From: Antedon mediterranea
Lineage: Eukaryota; Animalia; Echinodermata
Assembly: GCF_964355755.1 (NCBI RefSeq)
Contig: NC_092678.1
Location: 18,245,365-18,309,364 of the forward strand
DNA length: 64,000 nucleotides
Reading direction: 5' to 3'
Part shown: in pieces, positions 1 to 12,900 of the stretch
Position numbering within the stretch: position 1 is the first letter of the stretch
How the letters are laid out: each line of letters starts with the position of its first letter
Program-made: the position numbers and the translations under genes
The notes under the pieces: model-generated
The model's database searches: none
Seen by the model: the letters and a program-made list of their open reading frames with translations, nothing else
Told to the model about the DNA's origin: nothing

Positions 1-32
1 TGTAATGTACAGAACAAAGCCAGACTTGTAAG

Positions 33-221
33 CAGTGGCGTTATGTAGATGACTTAGGCCCCTGGCTTGTGGCTGGCTTTAGCTTTTTCGACATTGTTTT
101 TTCCTCTTGGCCCTGTTCAGGGGCCCCCATACGTTCTGGTTCCCCCATACGTTCTGGTGCCCCCATACGTTCTGGTGCCCCTGGGTTTAGCTGGTGAGCG
201 CTCATAGCCACTACGGACCCT
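33..221. mobile_element. Degraded hAT-type MITE with an internal ~19-bp repeat (cccccatacgttctggt, 3 copies)
   Basis: Starts cagtggcg; shares gcccctgggtttagc..gtgagcgctcatagcca with the copy at 61112-61305. Confidence 0.6.
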
Positions 222-859
222 AATACATATAGTTATTAAACATTTGATATGGAGTGATGATGGTCTAGGAATTGGTTACTCCATTGACATTGGAAAGTGA
301 TACTTTTTGGTTGATTCTCTTGTTTCAAGCGATGACCAATGACACAATATGCATAGGTGTTTAGGACATTAAAAAATCCAAAGCTCTCTGAAATTACATA
401 CTTGCACAGTACAGATGCTTTTTTAGAGGGGTGTGCCTGTTTCTTTTTAAATTTTTTTAAATATTTTTAAATGAATGATGCAATTGTCCGAAATATTTGG
501 CAAGTGAAGTGCAAGTATGCCACTAATGATTGGTTTACACTAGAGACGAAACTGCAACATAAGGGTTTCGCAAGCAGGATTGCCACACTTTGTTGATTAG
601 CACACTACTAGCCCCCTCTATAAACAAGCTGATTTTTTTTTTTATTTTTAATAATACATGATTTCATTACAAGTAGGGTTTATGGATGTCTTCACAACAT
701 GCAAAGGGACTCTACAGTGAGTTTGCGGTTTGCAAAAGAATTATTCTGGATTAATCTTTGCAACCGTGACTGACAAAATTAACAAAGACTAAAGCAGGCT
801 TTATAGCGAAGCCTAGCTTAAGCCTTAAGACTTATGGTATGTCTGCATTTCTTATTTAG

Positions 860-976
860 GATACCAAAGCAGGACCGGCTCAGGGAAAGCATATTAAATT
901 TGATTCAGATGATGAAGATGATGACACTGCAAATATTACTATTCAGGATGAAACAAAACCATCTAATATAAAACTG
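860..976 (+). CDS. NOL8: NOL8 exon ([21 protein letters not shown]...NIKL)
   Basis: tttag| acceptor, |gtaagg donor, 117 nt, phase 0/0. Confidence 0.85.
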
Positions 977-3900
977 GTAAGGTTCACAAGTAATTGTTTC
1001 CAATTATGAAATAAAAGATGTTCAACTGGGATGGTTATATTAGTTACGTTGTGAATTTAATATAACATATTTGTAAACTTCATTTACATACATACTTTTA
1101 TTTTTCAAATATAGACATCTTACATGAATACATGTTACTGCATTTGTTTTTAGGTTTAAACATACATAATTTTATTTGTCAAATATAGACATATTCTTAC
1201 ATGAATACATGCTACTGCATTTGTTTTAGGTTTAAATTATAGTCTATTGTCAACGATTAAATAATAATATATGATTTCTTAACTATGTTATAAACATTAT
1301 GAACTGAATAAAAAAAGGATACCCCATTTCATAGACTAGAATTCTACCCTTATTCTATTGGAAACTGCCTAATTCACGTTTTCCTTTTCTATCTTACCTG
1401 AAATGTGACGATGGGTCCTTCCCCAAGGAAAGCTTTTCCTGATGTCTGTGTTTTCCCAGACAGTACCTGGATGTATTTAATAAGCAATGGTGTACTTTCA
1501 ACATATCTGTAGTTTGCACATGTTATATTACTATGTTTCCGAGCATTTTCCATTCTTAAAAGTTTATGTGTTTCTAGGTCTAGCTATTATAGTAAACAAA
1601 ACATTTACTGCAGCTATAGATTTGAATCTACGTGTTGGGGTGAATTTAAGTTTAACCTGGATTTTACGGTTGTTTATTTTGGTCACATACCTTACTTTAA
1701 GAAACACGATGGGTCATCATCTTCGCGCAAACGCGAGTAACTAATAAAACGGCTATGTTGACTGTATATGATTTTACGCTCTAGCGAACACAGGATATTT
1801 GTCGTCCTCCCCAACCGTCGTGTTTCTTAAAGTCCCTATTATGGACAAATTCTTTAAATAATTCCTCAATGGTCTTGCTGTATACATATTTGCTGTTAGA
1901 TTTCAACTTTGTATTAAGTTGTGTTTTTTGTTTGTTTTTAAACCTGTTTGTGAAAACACAATAAAGATAACTTTACCTAACTTAATCTTGGAAGTTGTAA
2001 TAATAAATTTATTTGTATTTAGATTTCTCCTTGTTTTCAGAGCAATAAGGGACCGGTGCTATTTGCCAGTGACGATAATGACAGTGATGAAGATGATGAT
2101 GATGCTCGTTTTCAAAATAAGTCGCAATTTGAAGGAAAATCCGGTGAAAAGGTATGTGTTATATTGTAACTAAATTGAAAAGAAATATAATGTTTTTTTT
2201 TGCAAACTTCCGGTGAAAAGGTATGTTATTTTTTAACTAAATCGAAAAGAAATCAGTTTTTTTTTTTACAAACTTTATTTTGTTTATAGTAAACGATTTA
2301 ACATCCTCAAGCACAACTGGCACTTAAGTAATAACAGGGGTTATTACCTATTAAAAAAAAAATACATAAAATCATCTAAAAACATGTGATACATTAACAG
2401 TAGCATATGATTGTATAGAAACATTTTTTGCGATGTTATTTTCAATGGCGAGTAATTAGTATTATTTTTATCTTTGTATTTGTTTTCTAGTTGCGCAAGC
2501 TTCAACAGCAGGCAGGCGGCGATGAGAGATTTTCCATGGATAAGCGATTCCTTGAAGAGGATGACAGTGGTAAAAACATGTTGTAGTTTGTAGAGTTGAT
2601 ACACTTGAATTAAAAATGAATAATGAAAGGCCTGTATGTTCACGTGCCCTTAATTTTCGTTTAATTTATGTTTAAATGTTTTTTAAATGTTTACAATTTA
2701 CTTTAAAGAACAGTAAATCAAAAAATTTATCTTAAAGATCATCCGAAAAATACAACTTAATATAGTTTTTAATGTTTTTTTTTCATTATTTTTTTATCAT
2801 ATTAATTGATACTGATAGTCTATAGTAAGAATTCTTTTTCTCTTTTTGTTTAATTATGAACTTGTTTAATTATGAACTTGTTTAATTATGAACTTGTTAA
2901 ATTTAATGAAATTGATAAATTACAATAAAGAAAACACATTTATGTAAATTATATTTAATTTGTTTTTATTAAGATGGCAAAGAAGAAAATCTGAATTCAT
3001 CCACTGAAGAAGATGACAAGAATGTTGACAGCGAGGTTGATCTGAGAACAGAGAAAGAGAAGTCTTACAGCATCTTACAAGGCATTGTGGGAACTAAAGC
3101 TATGCTTTCCAAGCAAAAAGATGTGCAAACAGATAAACTGGGTTTTCTGTGAGTATTTGTTAATATTTGCAAACTTTCGCAAACTATGGATATTTATTGC
3201 GACATTTTCCCAAAATTTTGAGCAATCTCCCATCATCACGATGAGATTTTGTTCTTTTGTTTCGAAGAATAAACATATATATTTGGAAACTCAAAATATC
3301 AACCTTTAAGCTTGGTTCCCACTTGGAATGACGTAGGTACAATGAAAGTGAGTTAATCACAAGCAACATGATGGTGATTGGTTAAACTACTATCAAACAA
3401 TAAGTATATACAGTAAAAGAGTTGATTAAATTAAAAAGATTAAAAAAACCAGAAATACTGATCAATCATATTCTCGTACAGGAGAAAGTTGGTTTAACAT
3501 TAAAATGAAAGCTACACTATCAAATGTGATGTCATATCACTACCATATTTGGAAATATCACTACAATATTTGGGCACATGACACATCTAATTGGGAGCCA
3601 AGATTTATGCAGTTCTTAGATGCCATTGACTGATTGTTGGTTCTGTCAAAGCAATCTAGCTCGGAGATCAAAACATTTATCTGTGGCTGCGACACGATCA
3701 GTTCCATGCCTCTTAACACCACACCATGGGGAATATGTACATAGTACAGTATACTGTAGCATAAGCTGATCATTAGGGACCCTCAAACAATAAAGTAAAT
3801 ACAAAATAAACTATAAAAATACAAAATTAACAAAGATATAAAAAATAAATATATATAAATATATATATACAGTAGGCCTACTATGTAAGAAGGATAATTA

Positions 3901-6900
3901 AGAAATAATATCAGAGAGAGAGAAAGAGATGTTTTTTCAAAAGAGATTTAAAGGAGATTGAAGAAATTGTAAGAGTTACGAATGCTGTAGAGAATTAAAG
4001 AAAGAAAGAAAAAGAATCATTTTTCGCTATCTAAAATCCTTGCATAAAGGTTTTGTATCATGGATTTTTTTTTTTATGTTCAGGGGCAAGATGATTAGGT
4101 ATGATCCCACAAGAGATGACCACCTCTGTTATGAAGTCAAAAGTAAAGAACCAATGTAAGTATTTTCAATTCAATTTTTATTTCGGAAAAAGTCCATATC
4201 AACAATAAAAATCAGAATACAAATAAATAGTTTCATAGAGAGATTTTAAATGATATACTTTGCTCGTTCATCTTTTCTTCTATTAATTCTAACCTTCCCA
4301 AACATCTCTGCTCCATGTTCACTCCAAATTCTTCAATTCATTATCATCATACCTGTATTTGTTCAAAATTACATATTCCAACCCATAAAACCAACCACTT
4401 TCAACACAACATTAGGTATTCCGGACCCACTTTTTGGAACGATCTGCCACTCCCCATCTTAAACTCTGTTTCTAGCAAATCATTTTTATCTAAACTTAAA
4501 AGTCACCTTATTTCCAAATATTAACTTTTCCTCGGTCGGGTTTTTTTTTTTTTTTTATTTATTATTTGTTTTTTTTAAATTTTTATTGTCTGTGTCTGTA
4601 ATAGGTACGTCCTCCACAAGATGTGTTTTTCATCTTTCTGGGCGTGTACCTTCTTCTTTCGAAATTGTGTTTACATATATATTGTTCATTGAAATCTATT
4701 TTGTATATGAAAGGAGAAAATAAATGTTGCTTCGAATTGAATTGATGTATAAGATCTAAATATTGTATTTCAGTGTAATACAAAACCGGCAATCTAAACA
4801 GTGCATTCACATATGTCAGTTAAATTTTAAAATTATACAAACAGTCTTCAATTTAAGCGACATGGTTCGAGAAACATTTCTCTGATTGTCACTTAAATTT
4901 GTTTTATTTGTTATTAAATGTCTTGTTATATTTATAACGTAGTTTAATGTAAATTTTTGTAGACCTTCAGTGGACACTGATAAAAAGTCTGCAAAGAAGA
5001 AAAAGGTAGACGTCCAAGAGACAACTCTGCCCGAAGTGTCGAAAGAAAAATATTTTGAAGTCAGTGGTGACCTTACAAAAGCGCTTAAAAATGATCAGAT
5101 AAGTAGTGACATTGAGAGCAGTAAAGATAACCTTGAAGGTAATTCCCTGCTTTTACTTGATGATAGGGACTGTGTAAACATTATTCCACTGCAGTTACTG
5201 TCATTTAATTTACTCTTTAATCTGTTTGATCATTTATCAAGATTTTTCAATTGCAGTGCGTGTCTTTTATAAACATCTACATTAGAATAAACTAAAATAT
5301 TTTATTTTAAAAAAATATTGTATAATAAATTAAAGAACAGTCTGGCCAATCATATTTTCAAATGCTAGAAAAGACTACTGTACTTTAATGAATTTATTTT
5401 TAATGTTAATTTGTATATATATAATTCAGATAAGGTTTTACAAAATCAGTCTACATTTCGGTTCTTCGGTGATAGCGACGAAGAGGAGACGAGCATTAAA
5501 AAGAATGACGTAATGTTAAGTCAAGCGTTACCAAAGGTGAATCCGTTTGCTCCTGAGAGTTCAAAGTTCAGATTCTTTGAAAGTAGTGATGAAGAGATGG
5601 AAGAAGAGGAAGCAAAAGAAACGATGTAAGTATTAAATTGCTTGATTATGGGTGCTCTCACAGTTTTATTACTCAGCTGTTTTTCAGGCTATTTCCTTTG
5701 ACATACCATATTTCAAATGGCTACATGCACTAATTAGATCTGTTTTCTGGGGTGAAAATGTTAATATCATTTAGAGTATTGTGTGTACGCACGTCCTCTC
5801 TTTGTTGTCATCGTAGCCCAGCAACATTGTTGTTTTCATCAGAAAGTCAGAGTCGAATGTGCGTAACATCAACATACCTCCATGACTGGACCCACAGTCT
5901 CATGCAAAAATATATTCAGTGTGAGGCTCTCCTGTCATGGGGACAATAGGAACATTGATTTATAATAATTATATCATATAATTTGATCATAGTATGACCT
6001 CTAGGATAAACAAAATCGTTAAAAGCTGGTTCAGTCCATCATCCTTGCATAGAAAAAAATTCTCCGAAAGTTTGCAAAAGCATAAACATCCATGAGAATC
6101 AAGCAGTAGTTCCATTTTTAAAGGCCATTGCTCATAGCAAGGCAATCCAACAACAGCATCTAAACAGCACATCTAATTGGGATTCAAGCGTTATGCAGTT
6201 CTTAGATGCCTTTGACTGATCCATTGATGGTTCTGTCAAACCAATCTAATGCTGAGCTTCGGAGATCAAAGGGTTTATCTGTGGCTGCGACACGATTAGT
6301 TCCACGCCCCTTAACAGACACTGCGCGCCACAGAGAATATGTACTTAGTACAGTACTGTTGGTATTTGTGGCAACCAGACATAAGATCAAAGGACTGTTG
6401 CTATGTTGGCAAGGCGAGCTCAGTGTCCTGTTGTTAGATTGCCTTGCTCATAGCAAACCTATAATTATATCAATTTAAATAGATACAACTTTCTGTTCAG
6501 TAGCACTAATACCGAATGACACATGATGCGTTATTAACCAATCAAATGGCAAGAATACTCTATGTGTGTATGATATGGAATATAATTAAAGCAACCCCAG
6601 GAAAGTGGTTCTCCAAAAAATGTTTAGCAATTACTATTATAATTCATTAAAAACAACTTATAATCATCTTTGATTTAATAATTATGATTTGAAACAATGT
6701 GCCATACATGATAACTATATTATTTCCATTTTTAATTTTTTTGAAGACAGAATTCTGTAGAAATGTTTAATTAGAGACAGTTCCTTGAACTTTAGCCAGT
6801 GAAAGGAAACACATTTTGACATTACAACCACAAAGATGATGATATGTACATTTCATTGCATTTGGTTTCATCTGTCATAATCTATGTTTTTTTTTTCAAA

Positions 6901-9900
6901 GTCAACTTATGTAATATTATGTAATGTAATTTAATTATAATAATATAATTATGAACTTAATTAAATCATGGTTAAATTTTGATAAGATAACTTTATTTCG
7001 TCAACAAAACAAGTGGAAATAATGGTGCTTGTCTCATTCAAAAATATCAATAACTATTCTATCCTAGTAAAGTTATCGATATCAAGTTATAAAGTAAAAT
7101 CCTTGACAAAATAGAAAATTAAATTAATTATTATCTGTCTAATTAAGGAAACCCCCCCCCCCCCCCCAAACAAGTCATGATAGAAGTTTATCCTATTCTC
7201 TGGTTATGGAGTTTCTCTTCAGCTCTGTCTACACTATCAAACTTTATGTGACAACAAAATGTGATGTGCCCAAATAAAGTAGTAATATGGCATCAACACA
7301 TCGCATTTTGTTGTAAATTCGGAAACTGACTTAAGAAAAAAAATATTTACTTTAAAAAAAAATTTTTTTTTTTGTTCTAATCATGTCGATATGCACCTTA
7401 CTGAAAGACGAGTTGCGAGTTTATTGAGATTGAAACATAGAAATTGTTTGTTTAGAAAGTAGTCAACACCACTAATGTAAAACCCTATATCCTAATAAAG
7501 TTCATAAAACCTAGGAATAAAATGGTTGTGTTTGCTACTTGCTTAAAGCTTAAAACAAACAAAAAAATTAAGTTAATTTGAAAACTGACTTAAGCAAAAT
7601 CATTTACTTAAAATAAAGTTAAGACGTGTTTGTTCTATTTATGTTGATAGGCACTTTACTGAAAATTAAGATGGGATGGGATTTTGTAAACAGAGTTTCA
7701 GCAATTCAGGATTCGGCATACTGGCCTAGAATCCTGCATAGGACTCTAAAGAATAGACTAGATGTTTTTCATAGCATTTTAAGTTTAGCAGTTTTCCACT
7801 TTGAGGTTTAAATCCAAGTATAGCCTTTTTTAACCAGTTGAGATTGGAGACCGTATTTTTATAATTGAATAATCCTATGTTCAACCTCAAATGGAAATAG
7901 GTTATGAATAACTCACAAACGACAGTTTATCATATAAATTTTTTCATTTTTTTCCTCTTCCTGATAAAAGACAATAATTAAAAAAAAGAGAAGAGGTTAA
8001 ATTAAGAACAGAAATATTGATAATGTCTTTTTATTATAAAGTATCTCAAACTTAAAATATCTTGATAACAAATTCAACTATGGCATTAGTCTGGGCTCTA
8101 GACGGAGTTTTTTTCTTAATATTAGTAAAAATATAAATATTTTTGCACATATGGCGTTTCATACGTGTATTACTTGAGTTTGGATACTCCGTCTGGGGAA
8201 ACACGCAAAAGTCACGTGGTTTGACACCAAGAATTCTTGGTGCATAGATTATCCGGTTGACTAGTTTCAGCTGCATGCGATTGGCTACTCCCTCGTACAC
8301 CGTTTTAATATTCATATTTCAGAATTTCAAAGACTCAACAAATAAGATGGTACGCATGCGCTATGTTACATTTAGACAATGTGTACTTGGGTACATTGAT
8401 GAAAGTTTGTGAAGGCTAGAAAGGATTTTATATGGATCATTTAATCAGGGAGATGTAATTTACATCTCCCTGATTTAATATTACGCGGAGATAATTTGAT
8501 TTAATTCCCACCTAGACCCTGTCCTGTTCTGTGTAGAAGTGGTTTAGCCCTGTCTGTTGTGTGTGAATCCTGTTGTGTGCCGGTATTATGTAGGCCTACC
8601 TTATTGGCGTTTTATTTGGCAGGTCATACGTGCGAGTTGAGTAGGACCTACGAAGGAGGCCTAGGCTAAGGACTAAACAATTAATAAACAAAACAACTTG
8701 GCAACAGGATTTCATATTTCAACAGTCTCGATCGTACATTCAGCACTGTACGTAGGCCTACTCGATCTTTTTCATTTTGAAACAAAATGATCATTGGTTG
8801 ATTCGAAATCCATATTTACATACCGCCCGCCCCATATAGCCAAATACGGTATGATAACCTACGTCATTCTTATCGGATGTTTGCGGTCTGCAAATCGATT
8901 TCTATACGTGTTTCACAAGTCTGTATTTTCAGACAAAAATCGCGGTCGAAATAAAAACAAATAAAACAATACAGACTTGGGGCAAGTCTACTATGGCATG
9001 GACAATATAACTATGTTTATTACCATATATACTGTATGTGGACTATTATGCAGGGAATAATTTCGTCAGTGTAGCATAGCAAAAAGCTATACAAAACAAC
9101 CTTATGATAGAAAACTATGATTCTCGACTAAAAAATCAGTTTGATTCGCAATATTGCTGAAAGAAAATTTTTAAATGAATTTTTCCCTGTTATGTAAGAG
9201 AACCTGTAAAAAATATTCTACTGCAGTTTTGAAAAGAACTGTTGAGTTTCTCGACGTTTTAATCAATATACTTTGATCGTCCTCCTCGAAGTATATTGAT
9301 TGAAACGTAAAGAAACTCAACAGTTCTTTTCAAAACTATACATGGTGTGCCACAAACTCTTTATATCAACATTTTATTTTGCCATGCAAACCTTCAAACA
9401 ATATAAGCTGTCTTTGTTTATTGCAGTGACTGCCTCATAAGCTTCTACATTTAAATTCACTAAAATCATTATTATAATTTAAAAAGAATAATTACTGCAG
9501 TAAACTGTCCAGTAGATTATTTTAGACATGATGCCTAAAATAGATAGATAAATAGTACTGTATTTTGTAATACCTAATTGTTGCAACCTGTGTTACTATT
9601 ACAAACATAATCTTTTTTCATGGAATTGTACTTCCAATGATTAACCATATCCTTCTAACCTGATTTTTTATCTTATCTTAAAATAAATATTTTATCACGG
9701 CAACTAGATAAATATTAAGCTTTTTATAACATCTAATTCACTTAATCCAATAAATATTTTAAGCTTTTTTAACATCTACAGTAATTCACTTAACCCCAAT
9801 AAATATTTTATCACGGCAACTAGATAAATATTAAGCTTTTTATAACATCTAATTCACTTAACCCAATACATATTTTATCACGACAACTAGAAACAAATGA

Positions 9901-12900
9901 AGCTTTTTATAACATCTAATTCGCTTAACTCAGTAAATATTTTAAGCATTTTATAAAATCTAATTCACTTAACCCAATAAATATGTTATCACAACTAGAA
10001 AAAAATTAAGCCGTTTTTTACATCTAATTCACTCAATCCGAAAAATATTTTAAGCTTTTTTTAACATCTAATCCACTTAGATCCATCTAAACCCAATAAA
10101 TATTTAATCACAGCAACTAGAAAAAGATTAAGCTTTTTCGAAAAGTTTAATTCATATAACTCAGATTTGATAAAACTCTCATAATTCTACAATTGGTAGA
10201 GATAAAAAAATGACTGGATGACTTTGTAGATTATGTTATTAAACTGTCTGTCTGTGCTTAGCTTTGGCTATTTTATCAGCCTGTTTGTCAATATCAATCA
10301 TCGTTGTTGATATCATGGTTATTGATCTTGGGGCCTGTTCAAACTGATGGCGTTAGGTTTGTTATCTAACACAAGGCATACGGTAATCAATGGCGTTAAA
10401 AGTCCAGGTGTTCAGACACAACAATCAACATTCCAATGCCTTGTGTAAAACGCTCTGATTCTTAGGTCTAAGCAGATAAAACTATGTATACATTCATGAA
10501 AAATGCATTACTGTTTACATTGTAAAGTTATTTTTATTTATATGTTACATTCAAAATATACTGATTTGTTCTACTTGCAGAATTGCGTTCTAAATCAAAA
10601 TAATTTCAATCATAATTATTACTGTACATGGACAATTATCTGATTAATGTATTACTAATGTGTACTAATTTATGCAAATATCATATCGCTGACGCCTTGT
10701 AACTGTAGGCCTACTGTTCTTAAAAATTGAAAACCTGATAGTTTAACGTTTATCTATTTCGCTGTACAGGTATGCTGTTAACATGCTGTAGCAGACCTAC
10801 CACATAGCTTTTAAACAATTCAACATTTACTTTTAATTTGATTATTTATACATCCTCTATATATCTCTTTATTTAACCTCACATTGACAGGTTACCTTCC
10901 TGTTACCTTCACTTTTCTAGCTAATGGATTTTAAGAATGTTAATGACTCTAACAGAAAACCACATTAATTCTCTTAATCCTAATTGGTCAGATGAGATGG
11001 GCCAAGCCCAATATTACCATGCACTGACCACATTATTAACACACTCTTTTCTCAACCAGCATCTTAGCTACACCGTTTATTGCTCTGTCTTATCAAATAT
11101 TGTATATTGTATATTTTATCTATTTATTGAGAATCCTCACTTGATTCACTTGGAATAAATTGTATAGTTTACTGTATACATTTAGTAGTTGTCTTATTTT
11201 ACCGTTGCGCCGACAATTACTAAAGTGGTGACCCTCGACTTTCTTATACCGAATTTAACTTAAAATGGAAGGACAACAGCAACAACGACAGCTACCACAA
11301 CCTCCAGCACAACCCCAGCACCAGGAACAACCTGTGGTGCCCGCTCCTGACGCAGCAACCGTCAACAGGCCAATTTCTTCGGTAGCGTTGAAACTGCCTC
11401 CATACTGGCCCAATGATCCGATATTGTGGTTCACCCAAGTGGAAGCACAGTTCACAACGCGTGGGATTACAGTAGATGCTACAAAATACGCTTACTTAGT
11501 CGGATCATTGCAACCTGAAATTGCGCAGGAAGTTCGGGATCTACTTCTCAACCCGCCTACTGATAACAAGTATGTGAATTTGAAAGATACCTTAATACGT
11601 CGGACAACTGACTCCGACCAACAGCGCCTCCGCCAACTCCTGACGGCCGAGGAGTTGGGGGATAGGAAACCGTCGCAATTATACCGACGGATGTTACAAC
11701 TCTTAGGCGACAGGCCACTTGAATCTTCAATTATGAAACAACTATTCTTAAGTCGCCTCCCAACTAATGTACAGCTTATCCTAGCTTCAACCAAGGATGA
11801 GTTGGACCTGGGAAGCTTGACATCATTGGCTGACAAAATTATTGAAGTATCTGTAACTGCAACTGCGCCAACAAGTGTATCGGCAGTACACACGGACAAT
11901 ACACCCTCCTTGTCTGCGACCCTTGAAAACCTGCAAAAACAGATTCAACAACTGTCAACGCAAGTTAATTCCTTGCAATCTGACCGACGGCACAACAGAT
12001 ATCAAAGTCGCAGCACAAGTCGACATCGAAATCGATCGAGTGGTAGGCATTCATCTCCTGCTCAACCTAACAGTACCAATCGCTCAGCTCAACATTCAAA
12101 CAACACTCCTCAACTCTGTTGGTACCATGAAAAATTTGGAGTAAATGCTCGAAAATGCAATCCGCCGTGTTCGGAAAACTCCAACGCCGACAACTAAATG
12201 CGACGAATGTTGCTGGCCGTCAAATTGTAAGTCGCCTTTTCTTTATTGTTAATCAATTATCCAAACAACGTTTCCTCATAGACACTGGGGCAGAAGTTAG
12301 CGTTGTTCCACCTACTCGCCATGAGCGTCTACATAGGCGACAAGAGTCTACTTTGACTGCCGCAAATAATACATCTATCAACACTTATGGACATCGCTCT
12401 GTAACCTTAGACTTAGGTTTGAGACGAACATCTCAATGGTTATTTGTTGTCGCAGACGTCACACACCCCATCATAGGGGCTGATTTTTTAAGACATTTTG
12501 GACTGTTAGTCGATATGAATAATCGACGACTCATTGACACTACCACCAACCTGAGTATTCAAGGTGTCGCCTCCAAAACTTCGCCTCTCGGTCTTATATT
12601 TACCACCCTTGAGGCTAAGTCCAATTGGGACTACATTCTTACAAAATTCCCAAACATTACACGCCCTTGTTATCAGGAAGCGTCGCTAAAACACGATGTG
12701 ACACATCATATTCAGACCCATGGTCCACCAATTTCGTCACATCCTCGACGGCTCGCACATGACCGCTGCAAAACAGCCAGACATGAATTTGAACACATGA
12801 TGCAGCTTGGGATTATACGCCCCTCTAAAAGTAACTGGGCATCACCTTTACATATGGTGCCTAAGAAAACTCCTGGGGATTGGCGTCCCTGTGGGGATTA

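Noticed and set aside
251-320. C/D snoRNA candidate (gtgatga)
   Set aside because: No canonical CTGA D box and no recognisable guide sequence
1391-1465. U1 snRNA-like sequence (cttacctg, gttttcccag, ggatgt)
   Set aside because: Spacing and intervening sequence do not fit U1, and there is no Sm site or 3' stem
10937-11158. 73-aa ORF, duplicated at 15514-15735
   Set aside because: Lies inside the LTRs and has no recognisable domain
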